Shown here: piece after piece, positions 63,719 to 64,000 of the stretch
Layout: each line of letters opens with the position of its first letter
Position numbering within the stretch: position 1 is the first letter of the stretch
Source of the DNA: Octopus sinensis
Lineage: Eukaryota
DNA: 64,000 bases
Reading direction: 5' to 3'
NCBI RefSeq assembly: GCF_006345805.1
Contig: NC_043020.1
Coordinates: 10,664,001 to 10,728,000 of the forward strand
The notes under the pieces: generated by a model
Told to the model about the DNA's origin: nothing
The model's database searches: none
The model's input: the letters and a program-made list of their open reading frames with translations, nothing else
Position numbers and translations under genes: made by a program

Positions 63719-64000
63719 TTTGAGGGAATATTATTCCTAACTTACAGGGAAAAATTCAATTTAGAAATACTAAATCAAATTTCACAAAATATAATATATA
63801 TATATAAAAATTAGAAAAGAATCACCTTTTATCAATTCAAAATGAACAATTAAATTACACCATCTAGAAAATTACATATAATAGAAAAATCAAAATTAAA
63901 ATAACAATAATATACCAAAGATTAAGTAAATTGCAAAAAAATAATAAAAATGCATATATTTGGTATCTCTTTCTCTTTTCTTTTACTTGTTTCAGTAATT

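Overview
Eukaryotic, AT-rich, microsatellite-laden DNA. The SINE families and RTE LINE look like octopus (inference from remembered repeat families, no database search). The window is almost entirely intronic to one minus-strand gene, a Tonsoku-like DNA-repair gene (TONSL/NFKBIL2). I assembled 10 phase-compatible GT-AG exons by hand (62996 down to 3091; 2200 nt, about 733 codons) encoding ankyrin repeats, a Ser-rich linker, a ubiquitin-like domain and LRRs. The N-terminal TPR exons lie beyond 64000, and the C-terminal LRR exons probably lie below position 1. The introns hold tRNA-derived SINEs, a 5'-truncated but nearly intact RTE LINE with a PHD-like finger plus many copies of its 3' tail, Penelope-like (PLE) RT and GIY-YIG relics, non-autonomous Helitrons, mariner relics/MITEs, foldback elements and tandem arrays. 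The most notable signal not shown by the ORF track is a set of about 11 type I hammerhead-ribozyme motifs from several unrelated families. Four sit in 358-, 397-, 472- and 494-nt tandem or terminally redundant units resembling non-autonomous ribozyme retroelements (retrozyme/PLE pLTR-like). One pair carries a compensatory U3-A8 core, and one family carries U at core position 6. Ribozyme activity is untested. Exon and ribozyme coordinates were counted by hand; repeat boundaries are approximate (roughly +/-10-20 nt).
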